Source: a virus (lineage: Duplodnaviria; Caudoviricetes). From it: a DNA stretch of 64,000 nucleotides. This document shows positions 9,196 to 18,842 of the stretch, piece after piece. Under the pieces are notes generated by a model. It was not told the origin of the DNA and did no database searches. It worked only from the letters and a program-made list of their open reading frames with translations. The DNA is taken from the IMG/VR virus record IMGVR_UViG_3300037067_021710. The stretch is one strand, 5' to 3'. A program made the position numbers and the translations under genes. Every line of letters starts with the position of its first letter. Positions within the stretch are counted from its first letter, which is position 1.

Positions 9196-10387
9196 ATGAA
9201 AATAGCCCTTTAATGTCTTTAATAACATTATCAGAAATTGATTCAAATGAACTTTCTTTTTTCACAAATTTTTTCATTTTAATACTTGAATCACTCATAT
9301 TATCTAAGGCCAAATTTAATTTTTCACATATACTTTCTGGGGCTATAGGAATATCACAATAATATTCATATTTTGATCCACCCCTTTTTGCATATTCAAA
9401 AACTTTTGGCATTATAATAGTATTTTCACAATAAATAGATTCAAGATTTGCACACCCACCATATCTCTCTATATTATATAAATGAACACTAACCTCAGCT
9501 TTCCATAGCAATTCAAAATATTCTTGCCTATTTAATGGGTGGTCTTTATAAATTAAAACATTTTTTACATTTTCTTTTAACCATTCAGAAGAATATTTTC
9601 CAGATGGGTTTGTAAATATAACTTGAAAATCATTTCGCTTTTCTGCTAAAAGATTTATTGCTTGTATAAACTCTTCGTGATGAGTATAATTTATTCCTGA
9701 TAATCTATTTAAGAATAAAATCGTTGGTTTATCAAATTTCTCATCAGTTTTATATTTATCAGCTTCTTTAGTAGAAAAACCAAAATCCCATATGGTAGAT
9801 TTATTTTTTATAGCACTAGTATATTTACCATTAAATTTCTTTCTTGCATTTTGAATAAAAGCTTTTTTTGTAGATTTACAAGTAAAAACAGCTAAATCAC
9901 TGCATTCAAATCCATCGAACTGACGCCAATCATAAGAAATATTTTTGTCTATTTTTTCTTCCCCTATTTCAGGGGCATCTAGCCAATAGCAACAGGAAAT
10001 TAATTTTGTTTCTTTGCTCTTATACCATAAATAAGTTTTAATATTTCTTGAAAGTTCTGTTATATTATTCCAAACTACATCAATTTTTGGTAATGGCTTA
10101 AACATTGAGTCAAAATCACCAATATTAAAATGTTGGCGATTGAAAAAAGCATCCACAATAAAATTATAAGGTACCCAATGAATTCGTTCATTAGAGTCTA
10201 AAAGTTCATCATAAGATTTTATATCAGCAAAATCGTTTAATGGGGCAATTAATATATAAAAATGCCAATCAGTTTTTTCAAGAAGCTCTCTTAAAATTCC
10301 GCCCATCATATTAATATTACTATCAGAAGAAATCCATTTTCCTTCATTATTATAAATTGACTGCTGCAAAATATATAATATATTCAT
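9185..10387 (-). CDS. GT-B glycosyltransferase, candidate hmC/hm-dCMP glycosyltransferase
   Basis: MNILYI N-terminus, ILFLNRL, ERYGGCANLE (EX7-8E-like); overlaps the hydroxymethylase gene. Confidence 0.7.
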   Translation of the reverse strand: MNILYILQQSIYNNEGKWISSDSNINMMGGILRELLEKTDWHFYILIAPLNDFADIKSYDELLDSNERIHWVPYNFIVDAFFNRQHFNIGDFDSMFKPLPKIDVVWNNITELSRNIKTYLWYKSKETKLISCCYWLDAPEIGEEKIDKNISYDWRQFDGFECSDLAVFTCKSTKKAFIQNARKKFNGKYTSAIKNKSTIWDFGFSTKEADKYKTDEKFDKPTILFLNRLSGINYTHHEEFIQAINLLAEKRNDFQVIFTNPSGKYSSEWLKENVKNVLIYKDHPLNRQEYFELLWKAEVSVHLYNIERYGGCANLESIYCENTIIMPKVFEYAKRGGSKYEYYCDIPIAPESICEKLNLALDNMSDSSIKMKKFVKKESSFESISDNVIKDIKGLFSYDK

Positions 10388-10884
10388 TAAATAAACTCCA
10401 AAATAGTTGTAATTTGATTCTCTAAATTTTCATCTGTAGTATCTAAAAATAAAACTGGGTTTACTGACTCTTTAAAAAATTTTTGGTAAGCTTTTTGTAC
10501 ATTTTTAATATCTTTTTTTTGTAAATATTCATCAATATAATTTTTATATTCAGTTTTATAGCAATAAATATAATGTAAATTTACTTCTCTAAATTTTTTA
10601 TCTTGCATAAAAATAAAATCTAAGTCAGTAATTCTTCCAAGTCCTTGAGAATAAGCAAACTCACAGCAGTCTCCGCGATCTCGTATAACAGAATACCTTG
10701 TTTGCTTCAAGAAATTAAAAAAGAAAGAAGATTCATAATGTAAGGCTTCATAATAATCTCTATTAAAATTGTGCTCCATAGGGTTTTTGAAATATGGTAT
10801 TTCTAACCGTTGACTAAGTTCAGTTGCTATTGTAGTTTTTCCACTCTTATCTACTCCGCCAAATACTATGGTAATTTGTCTCAT
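10387..10884 (-). CDS. thymidylate-kinase-like dNMP kinase
   Basis: P-loop GVDKSGKTT, IRDR motif, FLDTT at the C-terminus. Confidence 0.8.
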   Translation of the reverse strand: MRQITIVFGGVDKSGKTTIATELSQRLEIPYFKNPMEHNFNRDYYEALHYESSFFFNFLKQTRYSVIRDRGDCCEFAYSQGLGRITDLDFIFMQDKKFREVNLHYIYCYKTEYKNYIDEYLQKKDIKNVQKAYQKFFKESVNPVLFLDTTDENLENQITTILEFI

Positions 10885-11441
10885 TTTATAGCTTCTCGCA
10901 ATTTTTTGGCTTGTTCATTATAGGCATCAACTCCAACATTATATGAGAAAGCTGCTGGGTGATAAAAAGTTTTGTACGGAATTTTTATATCACTACTTTT
11001 TATGAAAGCATTTGCTTCAGCCCCAAAACTTAATATAACTTTAGGCTTTATTATATCTAATTGAATATTTAGAAAATTTCTGCAATTTATAATTTCTTCT
11101 TTATTTAATTTTGAATTACTAGGTGAAGAGCATTTACAAATATTAACAAAAAACATCCTATTCATTATAAAGTCTTTTCCAAAAATATTTTCAACATATT
11201 TTCCTACATTACAAATTAACCAATTCTTTTTATATGTTTCTAAAAATTCTTGACTTTGAACTTCAGTATATGAATGTTCTAAGCCAGGATTTCTCATTAG
11301 CATAAAAATATCAAGTTTTTCTGGATCTCCATAGTAAATATGTGGGTATGGAATTGGAGTAACTTCCCTTAATCTAGTACATACATTGCAATTTAATATA
11401 GCCTTTTCGAGTCTTTGTAATTGTAATAATTTTGAAGACAT
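10881..11441 (-). CDS. uracil-DNA-glycosylase family 4-like (Fe-S) protein, divergent
   Basis: CNVC, RNPG (for EAPG), NICKC, NCRNFL, IKPKVILSFG, YHPA. Confidence 0.8.
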   Translation of the reverse strand: MSSKLLQLQRLEKAILNCNVCTRLREVTPIPYPHIYYGDPEKLDIFMLMRNPGLEHSYTEVQSQEFLETYKKNWLICNVGKYVENIFGKDFIMNRMFFVNICKCSSPSNSKLNKEEIINCRNFLNIQLDIIKPKVILSFGAEANAFIKSSDIKIPYKTFYHPAAFSYNVGVDAYNEQAKKLREAIK

Positions 11442-12469
11442 TATACTTTTCCCAGTTTAATCATCTCTCTAACCCAAGGAATTACTTCATCACGCAATAT
11501 ATTTTCTAAAAGTGTTTTAGACTCAAAGTTTAATATTTCTTTAGCTTTAATAGTGTCAGGAATTCTACACTGTACATCATACTTAAAAGGCTTGTCTGAA
11601 ATATAAGAAAATTCCTTTTCAGGCTGAATTAAATTCCAAATTATTTTGGCTAATTCTAGTACAGTAAGCCCTCTATTAGTACTTAAATTAAAATCCTCGT
11701 TCAAAGCTTTTTCAGAAAAAATCGCTTTTTCTATTCCATCAGCAAGATCATTAGCTGGAGTATAGTATCGTATTTGATTTCCATCACCTAAAATCCTAAG
11801 CGGGTTTTGCCCCTTAATTATTTTTTGAATAAAATCAACTACTACATGGCTCATTGCTAATTCTATAGTGCCACTCATTACTTTCTCATCTACTTTGGCT
11901 TTTTGTTCTCCCAAACCCACAGCATTAAAGGGGCGTATAATAGTGTAAGGCAAACCATATTGCTCATAATACCCTTGACAAAAATACTCAACAGATAATT
12001 TTTGAAACCCATATGTAGAAAGAGGAGGAGAAATTTTTCTTTCATCTCCTTCTTTTGAAGGAAATTTAGTGGCAGATTCATAAACCATGCTAGAAGATAT
12101 TGCTAGTATTTTTTTTAAGAAGCCTTTTTTATAAGCATAAATTGCTGTTTTAAAAAAAGTAGAACAAATTTCTTCATTTTCTGAAATTAAGTCTCCAGCT
12201 AACTTATGAAAAAAACTTATACCACCGATCAAAGCGGCTCCATTAACCATAATTTCAGGCTTATAAAACCATACAAGAAATTTCATAAGAAATTTATTTT
12301 TAGCATCCATATAAAAATGATGATAATTTTTATGGGTATGATAACTTTTTTTTATTTTCCCATATTTCCAATTATTATCAATTCCAATTACTATATGGCC
12401 TTTATCAAGGAGATTTTGAATAGCATATCCAGCAATAAAACCTTTATCACCTGTCCAAAATATTCTCAT
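11441..12469 (-). CDS. NAD-dependent nucleotide-sugar epimerase/decarboxylase (extended SDR)
   Basis: TGDKGFIA, SSSMVYE, YGFQK (YxxxK), RPFNAVG, GDGNQIR. Confidence 0.88.
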   Translation of the reverse strand: MRIFWTGDKGFIAGYAIQNLLDKGHIVIGIDNNWKYGKIKKSYHTHKNYHHFYMDAKNKFLMKFLVWFYKPEIMVNGAALIGGISFFHKLAGDLISENEEICSTFFKTAIYAYKKGFLKKILAISSSMVYESATKFPSKEGDERKISPPLSTYGFQKLSVEYFCQGYYEQYGLPYTIIRPFNAVGLGEQKAKVDEKVMSGTIELAMSHVVVDFIQKIIKGQNPLRILGDGNQIRYYTPANDLADGIEKAIFSEKALNEDFNLSTNRGLTVLELAKIIWNLIQPEKEFSYISDKPFKYDVQCRIPDTIKAKEILNFESKTLLENILRDEVIPWVREMIKLGKV

Positions 12470-12476
12470 AATACCT

Positions 12477-13712
12477 CTAAAAATAATTTAAAAGTTTTTT
12501 ATTAAGTATTCCCCAACCATCAATTACTATTTTATTTTTTAATATAGATAAATCAATGGTATAATATGATTTATGATTTATTGCAATAATAAGTATATCA
12601 CTATTTTTAATAACTTCTTGTAGTTCTTTATTATAAAATTTATAATTATTATAAAAATCATCTACAGGGCCATGAGGCAAATTCGGCTCATTAATATATA
12701 TTTCATTTGGAATATATCGATTTATATACCTTATTAATTTTGGGGTTAAATTATCTCGAGTATCATCAGTATCAGCCTTAAAAGTATACCCAAGAATTCC
12801 AATATTTTTATTTTTAATTTTATCTTTAAGAAGGTCAACATAAAATTTTGGCCCAAATTCATTAACTTTATAAGAACTCATTAGTAAATCTGATTGTGAA
12901 AAATTTTCATTTATCATCCCCCAATCTTTTACCAAACAAGTTCCCTTGCTAAATCCAGGTTTTAATAGTCCTTTATTTCGTGGATAATCTTTATTCATTA
13001 TTTTTAATAATGTATATATATCAACTCCAAAAGAATCTGCAATATAAGAAAAATAATTTGGAATTGACATATTTATATATCTAAAAATATTTGTAAATAA
13101 TTTAGCTAATTCAGCTTCTTCAGGAGTACATTGGATAATGTCAACTCCAAAAACTGAAAATATATTTTTTGCTCGTAAATACGAAGCCTCATCATAGGTT
13201 CCAATAATTTGAGGAAGTGTACTTAATTCTTCATAAGCCTTTCCTTCAGCTAATCGTTCAGGGCACATAGCCAAATAAAAATCTTTTCCACAAACCATTT
13301 TTGTTTTATTTTCAATATACTCTTTAATAAATTTTGTGGTGTTAGGAGCTACTGTAGATCTAAGAACTATGAGAATATCTTTTAATATGGCTTTCTGAAC
13401 TAAATTATCAATCACTCCTTTTACTTGAGATAAATCAGTCTCAATATGCTGCATTAATGGGGTTCCAACAGTAATAATAAAAGCCTTACTTTCTGGATAC
13501 CATAAAAGAAGAGAAGCATCTAATATTTGTATTTTTGACTTTTCAAGAAGTTTATCATACCCGGGTTCTAAAAAAGGCATTTTTTTATTATTAACAGAAT
13601 TAATTAGGTCTCTATTTAAATCAATAGCCTCAACCGCTAAACCTTTTTCTTCTAATGATAAAGCTAAAGGAAGGCCCACTCTACCACATCCAATAATAGT
13701 TACATCAAACAT
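12477..13712 (-). CDS. UDP-N-acetylhexosamine/UDP-glucose 6-dehydrogenase (WecC-like)
   Basis: IGCGRVGLP, VGTP, RSTVAP, CPERLAEG, AELAKLFTN, GTCLVKD (catalytic Cys), GYTFKADTDDTR. Confidence 0.9.
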   Translation of the reverse strand: MFDVTIIGCGRVGLPLALSLEEKGLAVEAIDLNRDLINSVNNKKMPFLEPGYDKLLEKSKIQILDASLLLWYPESKAFIITVGTPLMQHIETDLSQVKGVIDNLVQKAILKDILIVLRSTVAPNTTKFIKEYIENKTKMVCGKDFYLAMCPERLAEGKAYEELSTLPQIIGTYDEASYLRAKNIFSVFGVDIIQCTPEEAELAKLFTNIFRYINMSIPNYFSYIADSFGVDIYTLLKIMNKDYPRNKGLLKPGFSKGTCLVKDWGMINENFSQSDLLMSSYKVNEFGPKFYVDLLKDKIKNKNIGILGYTFKADTDDTRDNLTPKLIRYINRYIPNEIYINEPNLPHGPVDDFYNNYKFYNKELQEVIKNSDILIIAINHKSYYTIDLSILKNKIVIDGWGILNKKLLNYF

Positions 13713-13720
13713 AATCTCTC

Positions 13721-14236
13721 CTATTTATTATCAGTAGACCCAAATCCGCCATCTTTTCGTTCTGAATTTTTATGAAGTTCTAAAATTTGAGTATACTCAA
13801 CTTCTTCAGGTATAGCATATGAGACTGGAATTAAAATTGCTTGAATAATTTTTTCATTTTCTTCAAGAGCAACATTTGTATTCCCAGTGTTTACAATAGA
13901 AATATGAATTTGCCCAGAATAATCTTCATCGATAATTTCTGCAAGTCTATCAAGCCCTTTTTTAGTTGCAATTCCAGATTTATTATGCACAGCTAACATA
14001 TATCCAGGGCTAAATTTTATATGAATTCCTGAAGGAATTAAAATTCGCTGCTGAGGTTGTAATGAAATATACTTATATTCATTTTTATTATCAACAATAA
14101 AATTATGTCCTGAGTTTTTTTCTGCTAATTGTTTTACAAACTCTTCAGAAAACTCAGGAATATAAAAATCTATTCCAGCAGACCTTGATGTTCCTCTTGA
14201 TGGAGATTTAACTTTTAGGGTTTTAGCAAACTTCAT
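13721..14236 (-). CDS. dut: trimeric dUTPase-family pyrophosphatase
   Basis: SAGIDF, NKSG, IIDEDYSG, KIIQ, RKDGGFGST. Confidence 0.88.
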   Translation of the reverse strand: MKFAKTLKVKSPSRGTSRSAGIDFYIPEFSEEFVKQLAEKNSGHNFIVDNKNEYKYISLQPQQRILIPSGIHIKFSPGYMLAVHNKSGIATKKGLDRLAEIIDEDYSGQIHISIVNTGNTNVALEENEKIIQAILIPVSYAIPEEVEYTQILELHKNSERKDGGFGSTDNK

Positions 14237-14478
14237 TATTGCTTATCCTTTTGCTCAGAATTACCTTTAAAAAGTATACCAAATACCCACGTCAAACAAA
14301 CTGATTGCCACCAACTAAGATTTGACGCTAAAGTTCCATTTTTTACTAATTCTGGAAAAGCTGCAGGTATAGCAACTGGCCAAATAAAATAAAGAATACT
14401 TCCACTAATAAGAGCAATCAAGCCCACTCCGCCAAATATAAGTACTGCTGCCCCGATTACTTTTGTAAATTTTTCCAT
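14236..14478 (-). CDS. small membrane protein
   Basis: Two hydrophobic segments in 80 aa. Confidence 0.6.
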   Translation of the reverse strand: MEKFTKVIGAAVLIFGGVGLIALISGSILYFIWPVAIPAAFPELVKNGTLASNLSWWQSVCLTWVFGILFKGNSEQKDKQ

Positions 14479-14547
14479 TTTCTTTTTTCCTTGTGTTTAA
14501 TTATATAATATATACAAAAATGTCTATTAACTTAACCATAAAAAATT

Positions 14548-16476
14548 TTAACATTTAACTTCAGGATAACGTTTTCTTTCAGTATATTCCTTTCTCCGTT
14601 CTTCAGACCACGAGCTTACTGGAACTAAAAAGCCAACAATTCTGGTATATTTTTCTATTATTTTTTTACCACAAATAATACAATGCTTTGTATTATCAAT
14701 TGTTAAATGGCCATCTTCACATTTTTGAAAAAAGTAATTTATAGCAAAATACTGAACACCAGACTTAACTACATACTTAATAATTTTTTTCATTAACGCA
14801 GTAGTAGGAATTTTTTCACCAAGATTTACATGCATAATAGTACCACCCGAAAAATACTTTTCAAAGGTAGCCTGCAATTCTATGCGATTAATAATATCTG
14901 TGTCACAAGTCAATGGAATAAACTGATTTCCATAAAGCTCAAAAGTATCTTGCTTATACAGTATAGAGTCAACTTTGGCTAATTTTCCAGCAGTCTGCTC
15001 AGCAGGAATTTGTTCTATATTACAACGATAGCCATAGGTTTTAATTTTTTCTTCAGAAATACTTTGCAAAAAAGTTAATATGTCTATTGCAAATTGTTTT
15101 CCTCCATTTTCATCTGAAGCCATATCATAACCCATAAAATATACAGCTTCATACAGCCCAGTAATACCTAATGTAGAATACTGATTTTCAAGTTTCATAA
15201 AACCATAAGTATATAAAGGCATTTGATCTTGAGTAATTTTATCTTGTATTAGTTGACGACGGCAATGATTTATTCTATAAGCATCTCTTGCATGCTCATT
15301 AAGTAGTATAAAAAATTTGTCTTTGTCTTTTTTAGCTAATAAGCCAATTCTCGCGAGGTTTACTGTAGTTACTCCAAAAGATCCAACTTTTATTGAACTG
15401 CCACCAATAAGATTAAAATTTTCTTCTTTTGTAGCTTTAATAATATCTTCCACATTCGATAATAATCTGCAACATGAGCTTAATGCAGTTAAATTCTCTG
15501 CGCTAAAAATATTAAGATGACCAAAATCTAAATTTATTTTACTTATAAAATCTAAAAAGTCAATATCTTCAATGTTTCCTTCACTATCTTTTTTAAATTG
15601 AGCCGTCAATACAGGAAAAGTAAAAATACTTTCTTTATTAAACTCATTAAAAAACTCAAGAAACTTCTTTTGAATAACCATTGCAAAGTCAGCATCTATG
15701 CATTCACCGTTAATTATATAAGTTTTGCATAACTCCTTTAAAAATATAGAGTCAAAAATAGTGATATTTGTAAATGGGCTCTGAACATCTCGGATCGGCT
15801 GATTAATTGTATAAATAAATTTTTGAAATTCTTGTCGTAAAAATTTGTCAAATTGTTTTGGAGCATCTTTATATACTGATAAATGATAATTTTTATCATT
15901 TAGATCTTTTTTAAGAAGAGCACTATAAATAACTAAAACATTCGGTATTGCAGTAGCCCCCATCATTTGACGCGAAGCAAACATAACCAATTGTTCTACA
16001 TGTCGTAAAAAAGTATCAGCGTGTTTAGCTGGAGATGAGGGTTTATTTGTTATAAATGGAAGACCTTGAGTTACTAAATCTATAGTGTCAAAAGCAAAGC
16101 AGTAACTCAAAAAGAAATTTGAAAAATCTTGAACATTTAAATCTTTATTTAGTTCTTTTTCACAAAGTTTATTTGCTTCAGAAGTTCCCCACATTTTCTT
16201 TGCAGTTTTCCAAAGTAAATATAAAGAATTTAATTTGTCTAACCCTTTATGAACTTCTGTTTTAAAAGTTGCAATATTTTTTATTTGAACATTAGCATTT
16301 GCATCAACAGATACATCAGCTACATTCTTCTTTAAAAAGTACCTTTTAGCAAAATTTGTTACATCAAAAGAGTCATCACTTATTCCCTCAAGTTCAAAAA
16401 CTACTCGAGGGTATTTATCCTTCATGTCAAGCATAAAATGTTCAAACTGATCATCGTACGACTGCTTAATCCACAT
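14548..16476 (-). CDS. nrdD: anaerobic ribonucleoside-triphosphate reductase
   Basis: FTFPV, SCCRL, EQIPAE, C-terminal zinc cysteines and glycyl-radical YTRIVGFL. Confidence 0.93.
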   Translation of the reverse strand: MWIKQSYDDQFEHFMLDMKDKYPRVVFELEGISDDSFDVTNFAKRYFLKKNVADVSVDANANVQIKNIATFKTEVHKGLDKLNSLYLLWKTAKKMWGTSEANKLCEKELNKDLNVQDFSNFFLSYCFAFDTIDLVTQGLPFITNKPSSPAKHADTFLRHVEQLVMFASRQMMGATAIPNVLVIYSALLKKDLNDKNYHLSVYKDAPKQFDKFLRQEFQKFIYTINQPIRDVQSPFTNITIFDSIFLKELCKTYIINGECIDADFAMVIQKKFLEFFNEFNKESIFTFPVLTAQFKKDSEGNIEDIDFLDFISKINLDFGHLNIFSAENLTALSSCCRLLSNVEDIIKATKEENFNLIGGSSIKVGSFGVTTVNLARIGLLAKKDKDKFFILLNEHARDAYRINHCRRQLIQDKITQDQMPLYTYGFMKLENQYSTLGITGLYEAVYFMGYDMASDENGGKQFAIDILTFLQSISEEKIKTYGYRCNIEQIPAEQTAGKLAKVDSILYKQDTFELYGNQFIPLTCDTDIINRIELQATFEKYFSGGTIMHVNLGEKIPTTALMKKIIKYVVKSGVQYFAINYFFQKCEDGHLTIDNTKHCIICGKKIIEKYTRIVGFLVPVSSWSEERRKEYTERKRYPEVKC

Positions 16477-16498
16477 CTAAAATTTTACCTCTTTAAAT

Positions 16499-16723
16499 TT
16501 ATATTTCTAATTCTTTCTCACTTTTTGTAAATTTATATTCTAATTCTAATTCTTTATCATCTTTCAATTCTTCAATAACCGTTAAAAGAAGCTTAATATT
16601 TGGTTGTATAATTTCACTAAATTCATCCACCCCTAAATGTTGAAAATTATCATGATATTGCTTTGTTAACTCTATTAATATTTCTTTTAATGTAGTGTGA
16701 TTTTCATGATGATAAAACTTCAT
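16499..16723 (-). CDS. hypothetical protein
   Basis: 74-aa ORF with AGGAG SD between nrdG and nrdD. Confidence 0.55.
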   Translation of the reverse strand: MKFYHHENHTTLKEILIELTKQYHDNFQHLGVDEFSEIIQPNIKLLLTVIEELKDDKELELEYKFTKSEKELEI

Positions 16724-16735
16724 TTAAAATCTCCT

Positions 16736-17254
16736 TTAATTTTTAAAATAATATATCCCATTGCTACTTAATTTTCTATAATTATAATCATATAACTCTT
16801 GATTGCTACTTGCAAATTGTATATATCCATCATTTTTTATAGAGTGTTGTTGTAAACTCTTTTCAAACTTTCCACATTTTATAAATTGAAAACCTATAAT
16901 TTTATTTTCTTTAACATACTCAATTTTATACCCAGTATAAATACAAATATCAAAAGAGTTTCCAAATTGTTTAAGAAAGCTTTTTGTAAACTCTAAATTT
17001 CTAGGAGCTAAACTATCACCACCAGAAAATACTACAGCTTTCGTATCATATTCTTGAGTTTTAATAATAAGAATATTATACAAAGTTTGTCCATCCATAT
17101 AGGGGTTTTTTTCATATTCTTGAAGAGTAGAATTTTGGCACTCTACGCAATTATGCTCACAACCTTTAAAATTAACAAGAATTGCAATACTTGACGGATC
17201 TGGATAGTCAATTAAAGTAAAAATTATTGGATAGTGAATACTAACTTGGCTCAT
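16736..17254 (-). CDS. nrdG: anaerobic RNR activating radical-SAM protein
   Basis: GCEHNCVECQN (CxxxCxxC), FSGGD, IYTGY, SSNQ. Confidence 0.9.
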   Translation of the reverse strand: MSQVSIHYPIIFTLIDYPDPSSIAILVNFKGCEHNCVECQNSTLQEYEKNPYMDGQTLYNILIIKTQEYDTKAVVFSGGDSLAPRNLEFTKSFLKQFGNSFDICIYTGYKIEYVKENKIIGFQFIKCGKFEKSLQQHSIKNDGYIQFASSNQELYDYNYRKLSSNGIYYFKN

Positions 17255-17835
17255 TGAAGGTAGGCATACAAAGCATCAAATTGGTTTTTAAGGTCTTGTA
17301 TTGAGCCACTGTTATTAATAACAAAGTCAAAATATGAATCTGAAACTAAGTCAAGATCAATTTCAGAAATATCAGAATCTACTTCTTTCGAGTCTCTAAC
17401 TATTCGTATAGTATAAACGTCTCTATCAGAAAATCGCTTTATTAATTCTGATAGTTCATATAAAAAACGACAATCAGTAACTACTATATTTGAATTAGAA
17501 AGACAAGAATTTTCTTTTATTTCATTCTCTAAAAGATTTACCCAGTAATATTGCCCCATAAGTATTTTTATACTTTGACCGAACCATTGCATCAACGATC
17601 GTATAGTAATTGGTTGGTGAGTAGTAGTATTAATTCCAAGTTCTCTAGACTTATTTGAATAAAAATCTTCTATAGAAATTTCAAAACTAGCAATGTTCTT
17701 AGAAAATATATATAATTGTTCTTTTAAAGAATCAGCCAACGCCATTTTATAAAAATTTTTTTCTTTAAAAAACTCAGCAAAAGTGTCTTTACCTGAATAT
17801 TTTTTACCAGAAATAAGTACTAATTTTTTTCTCAT
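17251..17835 (-). CDS. deoxynucleoside monophosphate kinase (T4 gp1-like)
   Basis: SGKKYSGKDT, LADSLKE, RSLMQWFG, VTDCRF.YE, ISE. Confidence 0.85.
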   Translation of the reverse strand: MRKKLVLISGKKYSGKDTFAEFFKEKNFYKMALADSLKEQLYIFSKNIASFEISIEDFYSNKSRELGINTTTHQPITIRSLMQWFGQSIKILMGQYYWVNLLENEIKENSCLSNSNIVVTDCRFLYELSELIKRFSDRDVYTIRIVRDSKEVDSDISEIDLDLVSDSYFDFVINNSGSIQDLKNQFDALYAYLQ

Positions 17836-17980
17836 TTTATTTTTTTACCGTATAAAAAACACATGCTTTATAAGGAGTACCATTAATACATAAAATTTCA
17901 ATATTAGGATGCTTGCCTAACCAAGTTTTAATTTTTTCATTTACAGAATTATTTGAATAAAATATTTTAGATTTCATCAT

Positions 17981-18688
17981 TTACTCCACAAATAGATCAT
18001 CAGAAAGTCTTTTACGTCTTTCAGTTTTTATATCATCATAAAAAAATAATTGAAGAAAATCTCTTGCTATAAGTTGGTATAAACTTTCGCCAAACTTTTC
18101 TTTTATAGCCTCTACAGTAAAATTTGAGGTTACTATTATTCGGCGGTCTTCATGAATAAAGTTTCTAAGAAATGTATCCCAAGCTCCTATTATTAAATCA
18201 GGAGAATTTTTCCAATAAATACTTTTTGCTGAGTCAAATATATCATCTATAATTAATAAATCTACACTACTTATTTTTTTCAAATCATCAATTAAATCTT
18301 GCTTATAATCAAAGCCTGTTGTTTTTAATAGTAAGTCAATAAGATATCCAGCATAAACAAATTTTACTCGAAGCCCCTGTCTTAAAAATTCTTTACCAAT
18401 AGCACAAGCAATCATAGACTTTTGAGTCGAATTTCCACCAGTTAAAAATAAGTTTACAGAATGAAATTTTTCTTCCTTACATTTATGAGCATAAATTTCT
18501 GCTTTTTGTTTTGAATCAAGACTTTTTACTCCTTTATAATTAGTAAAATCAATATCCCAATAATTTTTTGGAATACTCGACTTTTTTAATAAAAGGGCAT
18601 ATTTTTGCTGCTCTAGTTGTTTCCAATATTTTTCGTTTGGAATAGCAACTTCTTCACCATCTATTACTTTAAAAGTGTAAGGTTGCAA
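17981..18688 (-). CDS. DnaC/IstB-like helicase loader with atypical Walker A
   Basis: SSIPKNY, LFLTGGNSTQKS, LLIIDDI, IVTSNF. Confidence 0.7.
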   Translation of the reverse strand: MQPYTFKVIDGEEVAIPNEKYWKQLEQQKYALLLKKSSIPKNYWDIDFTNYKGVKSLDSKQKAEIYAHKCKEEKFHSVNLFLTGGNSTQKSMIACAIGKEFLRQGLRVKFVYAGYLIDLLLKTTGFDYKQDLIDDLKKISSVDLLIIDDIFDSAKSIYWKNSPDLIIGAWDTFLRNFIHEDRRIIVTSNFTVEAIKEKFGESLYQLIARDFLQLFFYDDIKTERRKRLSDDLFVE

Positions 18689-18842
18689 TTATAATATTCC
18701 CTTTTTAACTAAATACCAAATCACTGAAGTAAAAGGCTTACGATAAGTTATTATATTTGAACTCTGAAGTAAAGACTCTATTTCATTATAAATTCTAAAA
18801 GTTTTATCTACTACATCTTCTTTAATTTTAGGGAATTGTTCT

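Noticed and set aside
4592-16476. Inteins or group I introns in polA or nrdD
   Set aside because: Both ORFs are continuous, with no splicing motifs or homing-endonuclease insertions
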